Assembly (NCBI GenBank): GCA_000934665.2
Contig: JYFJ02001299.1
Span: 1-64,000, forward strand
Length of the DNA stretch: 64,000 bases
DNA from: Catajapyx aquilonaris
Lineage: Eukaryota
Direction of reading: 5' to 3'
Shown: positions 50,249 through 62,448 of the stretch, piece after piece
Layout: each line of letters begins with the position of its first letter
Position numbering within the stretch: position 1 is the first letter of the stretch
Notes under the pieces: model-generated
The model's database searches: none
Told to the model about the DNA's origin: nothing
The model's input: only the letters and a program-made list of their open reading frames with translations
Made by a program: the position numbers and the translations under genes

Positions 50249-52173
50249 GGGTTTTCATAGCTTGCTGCTCATTTCCGTTCTAAAGTGAGAACAAAGGACC
50301 TAACTTTGCCGTAATAACTCGTCTATCGCTCTCATCCATGTTAATGAAAACTGCGACTTTGATGGGGACACCCGATTGGCCGGAAACTTCCTACCAGGGC
50401 TCTAATGGTTGGGGGAAAAAAAACTCGCCATTTGGAAAGATGGCAGAACAGTTTTAAAGCAAAAATAATGCTGCTATAAGGAATTTTTTTTAGCTCGCTT
50501 TTGATCGGCATAAAACTTCTCCTCAGGAGGGCGAAGGGAGGTCGGTTATTCCGACGCATCGCGTGCCTTCTAATGAAGTAATAAACATATAAATTCGACT
50601 TTGATGCGAAACCTAATTTCATGGAATTGCCAGTAGTTAACTCAAATACTCGCGCTCTGCCAACTCTGCAGGGCCTGGAGATAACAATCACAATGAGGCG
50701 ACGAAAAAGGTAAGCTCGCCCTCATAAATGCCTTTAATGAGTGCGATTGCGCTTCTTCTTAATTAGCCCCCGTTATCTATCCCAGCCTCATGGCTGAATT
50801 CCAAGTTTTCCCTTCCGACAATTCCAGACCCCTTTTTGTAAAGAATGGGGTTTGTGTCTCTTCGTCATCACCTCAGGGAGACCCCCAGGAGATCTTATAA
50901 TTCCCAAACGTCGTTGTGTGAGAAGAAGACCAGTCGGTTATCTGTCATAAGCATAAATAAGTGCCTCTTAGGGTCTCCTCCCAACCTCCGACTATCAGGC
51001 CAAAAAGCAACCTTTGTACGAAGAAAAAGTTGGGACACTATACATCACCTCCAGCAAACAACACCGTGAGTCCAGCAAGCCTTATCATCCGATTATTTAT
51101 TGGCGCCACTATTCTAATGCAAAAAAGGGAAGAAAAAGACTTTCCCGATAGTAGTTTGATTTACAGGTCCACGTGGACCACTACCCGCTTCCTTTGGCCG
51201 CTTGCGTAAGATGTGGAGGGGGCTTATTACTCCCAAAAAGTGCTATAAATTTGGCACAGTGGGCATGTGTTGGCTGCACTGGGGCTGTGACATTAATTTG
51301 GACCGCCCACCCTTGCCTTTCCTACCTTCTCAGCTACTACACCAAATGGCGACCACAGAGCCCACAGTGCGACTCTTCGGCAAGATTAATCATTAGAGAG
51401 GATAATAAGCACTGTGCTCTTAGCAACGAGGGAACACTGCAGCTAAATTTATGACGTCGAATAAGGAAAATGGTGCTCAATATTATGGAGCCGTAAAAAA
51501 AGCCGGAGGATAAAAGTCTATGCATCGATTGATCATATAAGAAAATGGTCACATTGGCTGTAGCGTTGGTTATTTGGGAGGTGGGCGATTTGTGGGCTGG
51601 TTAGGAAGCAGTGTCAACATTGGTTGTCGATAAGGTTGCATTTAAATTTCAAATGATATCCGGAAGGACCCTGGAGAATGAAAAGGTGTAAAGGTTACGA
51701 TGTGGTCTGAAAATATGGCCCAAGTGTCTGAATTCATTGTTTAAGCCCTTAAAAATCTGCAGGATCAGGATATACAGGAAATTGACATTATTATTATTAT
51801 TATACTAATATCTACCTAATAGGCTTATTCTCTCCGTCGGATGTTTGCCTGACCTGATAGTATCGCCATCTGGAGTATGCGACATCTATGCGTAAAGAAA
51901 AGTACTACTTGGTAAATCGGTGGGACATCTCATTAAAATTTGATTGTCACTGTCATACTGATTACAGGTTTTGTCAAATTTTGGCAACAGGTTCGCTAGT
52001 ATAATATAAATGTGCGACCTTTGAAAGTCCCAGTGACATTGTTTCGCAATAAAGGATCAAGACCAATGAGGTCAAGGCTGTGATAATATGCATGGAGATA
52101 ATAACTTTAATTTCCGATGAGCAGATCGATAAGACAAAACAACCCTCCAGAGAATAACCTCATGGACTCCAGT

Positions 52174-52192
52174 CACGTGAAAGTCCCATTTG
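52174..52192 (+). promoter_or_regulatory. E-box-containing motif upstream of Gr A, conserved in Gr B
   Basis: CACGTGAAAGTCCCATTTG; 17/19 identical to 54289-54307. Confidence 0.5.
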
Positions 52193-52265
52193 GGTCCCTA
52201 TTGTATAACAATAAACCTTATCCGAAACATGATCCCAGACGTCAGATAAATCCAGTCGCGCAAGA

Positions 52266-53676
52266 ATGTGGGCCAGGAGAGTGTTCGGTTCGGATTCCAG
52301 CAGCACCGTCACCATCTGCCAGGCCTTCAGACCACTGGCGATCCTGTCACGAGCTTTCGGAGTATTCCCAGTGAAAAACTCCTCTCAAGTGCCCTTCACT
52401 CGAAGCTGGATTTGGACCATCGTGTTTCCAATCTACCCGTCTTGTATCATCCTCCTGTGGACTTGCCTCGTGGCTCGAACCATTTCCTGGACGGGATTCA
52501 GGTTCGGGAACATACTGGACACTCTCACGTCTGTCTACTGGCTCAACATATACTGGGCTCCTCTGGTTAACTACTTGCTTCTTCAGGTGAAATTCGCGGA
52601 TATTTGCGGACTGCTGCGAAAACTGCACGAGTTTGATGAGATGATTCGCGAAGAGAAGTGTATAAACGTGAAGGCTCGTAGGATAACTGCAGGCTGCGGA
52701 GTCGTTTTCCTTCTCTTATTCGCTGTAAAAGTGTACAGCCTATCACTGATCCGAGACTTTTCTCGAGTTCCGTACCCGATCGCGTTGCTGGTGGCCTTTT
52801 TCAACGTAATCACCTCGGATTCAATCTTCGTGGTCCCGTTACAACTGGTCTTTATGACGTCGTCCATTCGGACCCGATTCGCATTGGTTAACAGCCGCAT
52901 CCGGAATGTAACCTCGACTATTCGCCGGACATTTCACCCCGGATCGGACAGACACGGAAAGATCCTGTCTCCGGACGTGACCGAATCGCTGTCCGAATTA
53001 GGCGGAGCTTTCGACGAACTCTGCGACACCGTGTCTTGTACCAGTCAAGCGTACGGACTTCCAGCAGCCGCCTTTTACCTGATTATGCTGGTTGCTCTGG
53101 TGACAAGAGCGGCCCATTTTGTTCTGGCCGATTCTCTCGTTGGTTCCCATAACATTATATTTGAATTCTCGGTTCAAGTGTTCTTTTTGTGCCTTCTTAC
53201 CTGTCTGCTGGAGCAACTTCCACTGAATGTGAGTAAAAAACGAAAGCCTGTTGATAGCCAGTGAGTGTCTGATATTAAGATATAAATAATGGCATAAAAT
53301 ATATTTTCTGAAATAATTATTACATTGCATTGTGTCTTTCGAAGGCAACGTGTTCGCTGCCTGATCTCCGAAGAATCCATTTGCCTTCTCTGGACGTTCG
53401 AGAGCAGATGCAAGTTGAGGCTCTGATAGATAAAATGACTTTTGCAAAAGTGGACGTCTCAGCATGGTTCTTCCGAATTAGAAGCGGAATCTTAACTTCG
53501 GTAAGGCTTGGACATTGGGAGGATTTAAATGTGAATAAAGTAGGTCATGTAATATATATTGAGCAAATTGCATAAGTGATGCAGTACTGAGAAGTGGTTT
53601 TCTTCTGCAGATGGTGGCCAGCAGCCTTACGTACATCATAGTACTGGCTCAGTTCAAAGGGTCGGAAAGCAACTAG
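52266..53676 (+). CDS. Gustatory receptor (7tm_7 family) A, 394 aa; exons 52266-53228, 53345-53500, 53611-53676
   Basis: N-terminal RPLAILSRAFGVFP, multiple TM stretches, FDELCD..YG motif, SAWFFRI, C-terminal TYIIVLAQF (Gr TYhhhhhQF signature); two phase-0 GT-AG introns near the C-terminus as typical of insect Grs. Confidence 0.9.
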
Positions 53677-54288
53677 TGGGTTTTAATACGCGTAATTAGA
53701 GTATATACTATACAATCATCATTATAAGGCATCATTGGTGCGTAATAAACAGAGCTTCTCATGCATAATTATGCATTCCTAGGGGTCAGAAGTGTCACGC
53801 GACAATTCCATTACTCGGACAATATTGACGTAAACACGACCCGACTGATGCAAGTACATCGCAAGTGGTTATCAGATTGAAAGGCTCTCTCCCTGATTTA
53901 CAGCGCAATTCGGTGGTGCCCGCAAAAACCTTTCAACTGTCAAAATGTCATGGCCAATAACACTCAGTTTTCGTCCTATTATTACGGACTACATCAATGT
54001 CTCATATTATTAACACATTGGCGCTTAAAACATTGTTGGACGAGTCACTTTAATTATGTAAAACCAGGCATGTGTCACAAAGTGCGTGAGGTAAAAAAGG
54101 AAACGCGGTTTTCCAAATGATCGTCCATTTATTAGATACAAAACTGCATTCATCAAAAAAGGCGTGCCAGTTACGGAATCACGTCTACATCAAAAATGCA
54201 GATATGCGTGTCACACTTTGACAACGTAATATGTGCCGTAGTGCATTATTGAAACCAGAAATACAAATGATTTCCTAGAGACACCAAG

Positions 54289-54307
54289 CACGTGAAGGTC
54301 TCATTTG
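54289..54307 (+). promoter_or_regulatory. E-box-containing motif upstream of Gr B, conserved in Gr A
   Basis: CACGTGAAGGTCTCATTTG, 60 nt upstream of the ATG. Confidence 0.5.
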
Positions 54308-54348
54308 ATGTGTAACACTATACGCATTTTCGAGGCTCAATAGCAAGT

Positions 54349-56274
54349 ATGTGGGCCAAGAAAGTGGTCACTTCCTTCACCAACGCTGTCACCATCACTG
54401 AAGCATTCAGACCCTTGGCGATTTTGTCACGAGCATTCGGAGTGTTTCCAGTGAAGAACTCTACTCAAGTGCCATTCTCCCGAAGCTGGATTTGGACCCT
54501 GCCATTTCTCGTGTATCTTACAGCCATCGTAACTATCTGGTTTCTGTATGTGTCCGGAACAGTCGAATGGAAAGCGATGGCGTTCGACAACATAATGGAG
54601 ATACTGCAAACCGTAAATTGGCTCAGCGTGTACTGGGGTCCGTTGGTCAACTACACTCTGCTTCAGGTAAAATTTGGGGACATTTCCAACCTGTTTAAAA
54701 AACTTCACAATTTTGACGAAGGTTTGCCCAAACAGCGCATAAACCAAAAGACGCGTCGATTAACCACAGTGTGTGTGATCATATTCCTCGTCGTATTAAC
54801 TGGCAGAGTGTACAGCCTGTCAGTGATTCCGGAATTTAGCAATGTTCCATACTGGATCTCACTGATACTGTCCGTCTTCAACATGCTCACCAGTGATTCA
54901 ATCTACGTGGTCCCATTGCAACTGATCTTTGTCGCATCGTCAATCCGGGCCAGATTTGCACTGGTTAACAACCGCATCCGGAAGGTGACTTTGACTATTC
55001 GCCGGACATTTCAGCCCGGATTGGACAAGGTCGGAAAAGCCCCGTCACACCAAGTGACTGAATCGCTGTCCGAATTAGGCGGAGCTTTCGATGAACTGTG
55101 CGACACCGTGTCCTATGCTAACCGAGCGTACGGACTTCCATCGGCCTCATTTTACCTGATTCTTCTGGTTGCTCTGGTGACAAGAGCTGGCTATTTCATC
55201 CTGGGGGACAAGTTTGATGATGTCTATTATCAAATTGTGGATTTTTGTGTCAAAATATTGGTCCTCTGCCTGCTTACCTGCCTTCTGGAGCAACTTCCAC
55301 GGCATGTGCGTCAATGTCCATTTAGGCTACATATCACTGCAGAATTTAAAAGTTCAAATTGTCTCTCCCTGATAGGCTACAAGCTCGTTGTATGATCTCA
55401 GGAGGATTCACCTGCCTTCACTAGATCTTCAAGGGCAATTGCAGGTGGCAGCACTGATAGAGAAAATGGCTCATTCGGATGTCGACATTTCCAGCTGGTT
55501 CTTTAGAATTCGGAGTGGGATTCTAATCTCGGTATGGAAACTAACTGCCTCGCCTTATTGTACAAAATGCAGCGGTAGAAATGTAAGTGATAGCTCATAT
55601 CATATACATAGGCTATTGTCTCCGCGACATTTCCAATAGTCACCACCAAAGCAAATTCTGGCATGCGATATATCACGCGGGTGTCACCATATGTGATAAG
55701 CAGAGTAGCATTATTCCTTTGGGAGCTAAAAGACGGGTGTGCCTCCGAAGCACGGCACTGTGAAGTTATACACTAGGAACAAAGTAGACCTGAATCGATG
55801 ACGGGTGTGTCTCATATGTCAAAGGTAAAGCAGACAGGCTTCAGTGTCCAGTGAGAATTTCACTTGTGCAGAATGGTGACAACCTTGCTCCAATTACAGA
55901 ACGGTGGGCATGTGTGTAACAAGAATTTGCAAGCGTGAATTGCTCTTCAAATCAGGCATTTCATTTCCACAATAATTAATGACCAGTGCTCAAATTGCGT
56001 AAGTGGTTTTTTTTTCATAATCTTCTAAAAGGTGATGTAAGACTGAATAATTTGAGAGAATAGTAATGCAGAAAAAACTGCACAATTTTAGGAAAGCAGG
56101 TAATGTCAAATCCAGGCATGAAACATACTGTACTCCAAAAAGTGTTAGCCAGACGCATTTTGATAATTTCAAATATGAAGTTTAATTAACAGCGTTTCTT
56201 TCTTTCGACAGATGGTGGCCACCAGCGTCACCTACATCATAGTCTTGGCCCAATTCAAGCAATCCGAGAAATGA
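54349..56274 (+). CDS. Gustatory receptor B, 391 aa; exons 54349-55305, 55376-55531, 56212-56274
   Basis: Paralog of Gr A with identical intron positions; TYIIVLAQF motif; intact frame. Confidence 0.9.
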
Positions 56275-56657
56275 ACTAATTCAATTATGTACATATTCCT
56301 TCTACTTCACCACCATCACATTATAACCAAATCTTCACTAGTGTGGTCAAATATTTAGTCCTGGCTACCTATAGATAATTTACATACAGCAATATTTTGT
56401 TGATATATTGACAGCTCCGTATATGGTGGAGAAACGAGTGGTCGACAAATCATAAAAATTTACCTGCAGGATACGAAAAATTAACTTGCACACATTTCCT
56501 CCCCATTTTTAAATTATTAATAAAAGGGCCGAAGTAGTAGCCCACACACACGCGATGCTATTATATAAATCATAGCCTGCCAGGCAATTTTGTGCAGTAA
56601 ACATCAATAAAACTCCACCTTGGCAAGGCAGCTGAAACCACCATCAGTCCAGCAATC

Positions 56658-58068
56658 ATGAGCAGCAACAAAGTGTCTGTTTCGAATCACCCCGTCACGG
56701 TGTACAACTCATTCAGGCCTCTAGCAATCCTGTCAAAGATATTTGGAATCCTGCCTGTACGAGACACGTGCAAATCGCCCTACACGCGCAACTGGCTCTG
56801 GATGCTGCTATTTCCCACTGCCATGACCATCGAAGCACTCTTGTGGAACTATGTAGTGGCCCAAACAGTGGATTGGAAAGGATGGTCAGTGGCCAACATT
56901 GAAGACACCCTGGTTTCGACCTACTGGATGAGCATTCACGTCGCACCGACACTGATTTACGCGATACTGCAGGTTAAATTCGGGAGCGTGTCCGCACTTT
57001 TGAGCAAGGTGCAGGACTTTGACTTGATGTTGAGCACTAGAGAAGACCTGAAAGTAAAAGACAGGCGAAAATCGATCGCCTTTGTAATCGCATTTTTGGT
57101 CAATTTTGTCGCCAGGGTTGTCATCATGTCGCTAATTCCTGAATTTCGCAAAGTTCACTACTCGCTCTCGCTACTGATGTCGGTGCTGAACATATACACG
57201 GCCGATTCCATGTTCATGCTTCCAATGCAAATGATATTCTTCGCACTGTGCATCAAAGGTCGCTTCTCGCTGATTAACGACTCGGTGACACGAGTCGCTT
57301 CGTCACTCAGACAGACATTCCGTGCGAGACTTTCCTATGAGGAACTGTCCCCAGTGCAAGACGTGGTGACACAACTGCTGCCAGAATTGGGCGGCGCTTT
57401 TGACGAACTCTGCGACATAGTGTCCAGCGTCAACGTCGCTTACGGCCTGGCATCGAGCGCCTTCTATCTCATCCTGCTAGTGACGCTTGTCACAAGAAGC
57501 TCGTATTTCATACTTCTTGCAGGCCAGTTGGATACTGGTAGCCGTTACCAGCACTGGCATTATGTTCATGTAGTGGTGGAATTCGCCGTACAGATCTTGT
57601 TTCTATGTGTCCTCACGTGCGTGCTGGAGGAACTTCCTAAATATGCAAGTTCACTAATTTTTTAATGTTCATTTTCTTCCAACAATATTGCTGAAGCTAA
57701 GTGTTAAAAATTTGATCAACATTTTTGTAGCGTTAGAAGTCACTAATATTCTTCTTAAAGGCTACAAGTTCACTACCCAGCCTGCGCAGGATTCATTTGC
57801 CGTCGATGGACATTCCTGATCAAATGCAAGTGAGGGCATTGATATCAACGATGACACACGCAAAAGTAGAAGTATCTGCCTGTTTCTTCCAAATAAGAAG
57901 CGGAATACTCATTTCGGTGAGTTTGTTGTCATTGTGCAGTGTTATAATGAAAACTGTATTAATAAATATAATTATTGTGCTTTACTTTAATAGATGGTGG
58001 CGACAAGTATCACATACATTATAGTATTGGTGCAATTTAAGGATGCAGAACGGTCATCAACTCTGTAG
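56658..58068 (+). CDS. Gustatory receptor C, 405 aa; exons 56658-57644, 57761-57916, 57994-58068 (intron 1 GC-AG)
   Basis: Paralog with TYIIVLVQF; the first donor is GCAAGT at the position where A and B have GT. Confidence 0.85.
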
Positions 58069-60156
58069 GCCGACTTTTTAAAATCGTATGATATACTAAA
58101 TCCAATAATTGCGTGTGGGAAAACGCACTTATGAATAAATATTACACTCTACACACAGCAAGAAAGCAAGTGTTTAAAAAAATTAACATCACATGACACT
58201 GTCGGCCTGAAGTTCATAACACAGCAAAAGACACTATTTATGACAATGTTTCCTCAAAATATGTATGCTATTTACTTTTTAAAATGTTTATTTTTCTCAA
58301 ACAAAATCATCTGATGATGACTTATATTGCTAATGTTACAATAAAGCTTTATTGCAACCAAAGAGTTTAAACAAACTTTCGATTACAGCCTCAAACTTTC
58401 ATCCTAGCTTTTAAGCTCGCAAAAAAACTTTCTAATTAGCAGAGAAAAAGTCGGCTGGACAAGAGTTTCCCCAAAATATAAGTTGCCACTTTTTTTGTCA
58501 ATTTTACCATGCTTGACCCAATTTCTACAAAAGTTGTTACGCAACAACAAGTAACTGTTGTTCGAATAAAATTACACAGCTCTCTGGGTAATGACGCTAG
58601 TGCACGTATTTTAATTCCTTGGAACAAAACTGCCTCTCGCAAGTCGATTCAATTGGATTACCATACTCTTTATGAAAAAATTGTGTTGCATTGTCTTTCA
58701 AATACAATGACTCTCTGATTACTTTTAAACGTGATATTAAAATAATGACATCAACAATAAATTTAACTATTTCCTATACCTTACTGCAATATTGCCTCTC
58801 AAATATATATTTTCCCTCTGATGCAGCATTTATGGCCTAATATAATTTTGAAGGAAGTAATATAGCGTGATTGTCACACATTTACAGTCATGGACATCGA
58901 TCATCACTCACAAAAGGTCCCTCTTCACGTAATAAAGGCAGTGTTGTTGACTGATAACACGATTGTCGATTTTAATCAGTGTCATTAATACTGCTGTGAA
59001 CATGCACACGTCGACATTACAAACCTGAGAGACATTTATAACATTTGGAATGCAGATAACCTCTGTGGTGTATAAGAAGAGTGAATCGTGTTCAGTCATA
59101 ATCATTTTGATTTTTAAAACTTGCATGTGCTAATGCATCACAGGGGTTAAGGTCAAAGGTTTACTGTTTTGGCGACATTATTGACATACCTGTACTGTAT
59201 ACACAAAATCCTTACATAAAAATATTAACATCTTTCTTCAGCAGCACAATACAAGCGGCATAAAATTGCGTGACGCCAAATGCCACATTATTTCATTGCC
59301 GCTAATAATTCTGAACGCCAGCCTGGCTGTGGACTGTAAATCATCAAAGTAGCGAATACAACCACATGCAGTCGTATGTCATTACATTATTGCGCAGGTT
59401 TGTGAAGCACACACGGTTCTTGTAATTTACGCCTCCGAAGCCCAATTATTATGAAGGGACCGCCCTTCTCTGACGCTTGTCTGTCACGCAAAATGAGAAA
59501 ACATTTTTTTTTTACAGGCTGAACTATATCACTGTAAAGTACGTACTTACAGTTAAGTTTTCTGATAAGTTACGCGTACATAGCAGTTGTGATCGGCTGG
59601 TATACTGTACCTCTTAACAATTACAGATGCCATAAAATATTTCGTCGCAATCTAGCCGCCATTACCGCAGCCTCCTTCAGTTCAATATAAGGCATCTGTG
59701 CCATTGTTCAAGGGCTCATTTCAATGCGTAGGACACTTCCGCTTGATTAGCATGCTGCTGGGTGTTTATAGCCGGAATGTAAAGGATTTGACAAAATTGC
59801 TCTTCCGGGCTGCTGATAACCTAATCAAAGGGAGTCTGGGCCAAGGAAGATGCTTCGACCTCAATGGAAATTGAGACCACGAGTAATATCGGTGACTAGG
59901 TTGCAACCTACGAAGTATTCTTGTCAGTTGCGAATTACACTCGAAACGAATCACAAGGCGGATGATCCTATAGTTAACAATACGACACAGCCTCCGGGGG
60001 TGTAATTAGAGTACGTACAGCTATACTGTGTGCAAGCCACTATTGTATTGACACAGTACTGTACAACTTCAATTTCCATTAGAACAAAAAAAAATGGTGG
60101 AGATGTATTCCGACTGTGGAGACAAAGAATAACAAGCCAGCATCATGCAGAATGCC

Positions 60157-60161
<5 letters not shown>

Positions 60162-60194
<33 letters not shown>
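60162..60194 (+). repeat. (GA)n microsatellite
   Basis: Directly visible. Confidence 0.95.
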
Positions 60195-60195
<1 letters not shown>

Positions 60196-61052
60196 AACTG
60201 CGAATATGTCAGGGACATCATCATATGTCATAATTACACAATGGTAGTTACATACTATTATATGCAGTTAAACAACTGGAGGGTCATGCTGTATGGAAAT
60301 CCGATCTCTAATCCGGGGGCAGGCACCTCATTAAAATTAATTATCGCGTTACAAATATATAGTCGTTGACTCGTTGTGGCGGATCGTGGGTTTCGAACTC
60401 GTGAGCCAAACACACGATGGACAGTACCTGTTAAATTTTAAGCTAAATCCGGATTTAAATAGTTAGAAAAATGTGCAAATTATATTTAAAATAATAATCT
60501 GCTTACAATGACCGGTTACACACAAATTATGCAGCTGCATATGCAATTTTATTAAATTTTAAAAACCCATTTTTGGAAAGATTGAACCAACATTAGGTCC
60601 AAAATGTCACTAAATTCCTCCTAGTCAAACACTTTACATGCGCAATTATCATTATGTCACTAATCAATCCGAGTGTTGCACGAAGCCTGAATGAACCTTG
60701 AAACGCTATCAACCAACAACAATTGCCATCAAATAGCTCAGAATCTCTTGGGACAATTTGCATCAGGAGAAAAAAAAAAATGCAAAATAGCCAATTTCAG
60801 CCAGTGTATTTTTTCACGCGAAAAGTCCCGACCCAGCGCATGAATAAATTTCCCTGTGGCATTATAATTGGCATAATTTTCGCCATAAATAGGTACAGTA
60901 CGCCAGATAGAGAGGACTATAATTCTGACATATTGTTTCATAATTACTCGTTACAGGAATGTTTAGGCCTAACGATGGCATAGCAAGGGAGTACAGAAAT
61001 GACATAGCATACTTACACAGTGAATCGTTTTGTAAACAATAAACGTATGTCA

Positions 61053-61174
61053 GATTTTTACGTAACTCGGATCCATGGTCCGAATCCACAACACTTTTGT
61101 CGGATCCATGGCTTCCAATTTACGTAACTCGGATCTATGCGTAAGTCGAGGCTACGTAAGTCAGGGCCTGACTG
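61053..61174 (-). mobile_element. Second copy of the pogo/Tigger-like element end
   Basis: Reverse complement reads TA|CAGTCAGGCCCTGACTTACGTAGCCTCGACTTACGCATAGATCCGAGTTACGTAAATTGGAAGCC...CAAAAGTGTTGTGGATTCGG. Confidence 0.65.
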
Positions 61175-62285
61175 TATATCTGCAACTTTCAACAGGTTTT
61201 TTTCTTCCAAATCTAAATAGTTCAGACTGACACAACAAAATGAAATCCAACTCCTCCCCTGGTAAGACGTCCCCACATTTTTGTTACTACCTCTGTAATC
61301 AATAGCATCTTGAAGGAAAGAGGAACCCACTTCTCTTCGAACCAAACGCATCCATACTTTCATGAGGCATGCCTAACTTTCACAAAAGGGTTGTTGACTC
61401 CAGAAAACAAAGGAGTGCACTCCCATCTGACTTTCCATCAGCCTCTTCCAATCGGTCCATTTTCTTTTTGTCGACTAACCCTTCTGCTGCTGGTGCAGCT
61501 TTCGTGAGGTGTGGACACGACTTCGGACCTAGAAAAAGCAGTATCGCCATAGTGCCCAGGCTCAATGGGGGCCCCCTCTTTTTGTTTGTCTATCGAGCCG
61601 GCAGGATCCGTCGAGTCAGCTTGTGGAAAGAAGGGAGTTGTGTGGGGGTCTTTGTCCCCCCCCCCCTAGGGGGGGGGGTCTGTTTTGGAGAGAAGGGGGG
61701 TGGGTCTTATCGTAAAGTCGTAAAACTTCGCTCATGCCGAAACGACGTTGCGGAGAGACGCCACGAAGGAAGTCGTTTCCAAGCCTCCCCCAGATAAGAG
61801 GCGCAGTGTGACGTTGACTTTATCTGGCGCCATTCCGGTTGCGACGATAATTTCTTTGCTGTCATCACCAAAGATGGCGACAAAAAAAAATAGGGAGGGG
61901 GGTAATTGAATATCACCTGGCGCCTTGAGCCTGAGCCCCCAATTTTCGTTTTTTGTTTGTCTTTTCACTTAAGCCTGATTGGAGTGTAAGCAGTCCCAGG
62001 ATGTCGTTAGTGTACGGATTCGTTAGCCTGGAAATGTTTCCATGCCCGGTCGGGTTTCCCAAGGGCTCTTCATTATTCTTTATGGCAACGCATGACACTG
62101 TTGAACCCCCCGCTTCATTAATTTTCATCAGGTTCTAGTTACATGCCCGGTATTGTGTGGCAGGTACAATAATAGACCTATTCTTTCGCCATGGAAGGGC
62201 TGACCACCTGAATGGTCAAATTTGCTCGACAAATCAGGCAAATAAAGTGTGAGGAAGTGTCCGATTGCACTGTAGTGTTATACTG

Positions 62286-62448
62286 CAGGGGTCGAATTTA
62301 AAATATTTCGTCCAGATGCAAAGTTTTGATTTGAAGTGAAAATTACTTATACTTGGAGTGCTTAGTTTTTAAATACTTAGTCCATATCTAAAAGCAGGAC
62401 AAACTGGAGTGCAAATTGCACCTTTGCATCTGAATATTTCGACCACTG
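62286..62448. mobile_element. Candidate hAT-type MITE (163 bp)
   Basis: Termini CAGGGGTCGAA...CAGATGCAAAG and CTTTGCATCTG...TTCGACCACTG are imperfect inverted repeats. CAGGGG/CAGTGG ends are typical of hAT-Charlie elements. The 8-bp TSD is only partial. Confidence 0.55.

Noticed and set aside
55990..56172. Signal-peptide-like minus-strand ORF (MKLSKCVWLTLFGVQYVSC) as the Dscam leader exon
   Set aside because: It starts at TTG rather than ATG, has no suitable phase-1 donor that I could identify, and lies inside an AT-rich Gr B intron.
60370..60410. Pol III B-box-like GGTTTCGAACTC suggesting a tRNA or SINE
   Set aside because: No cloverleaf or properly spaced A-box could be built.
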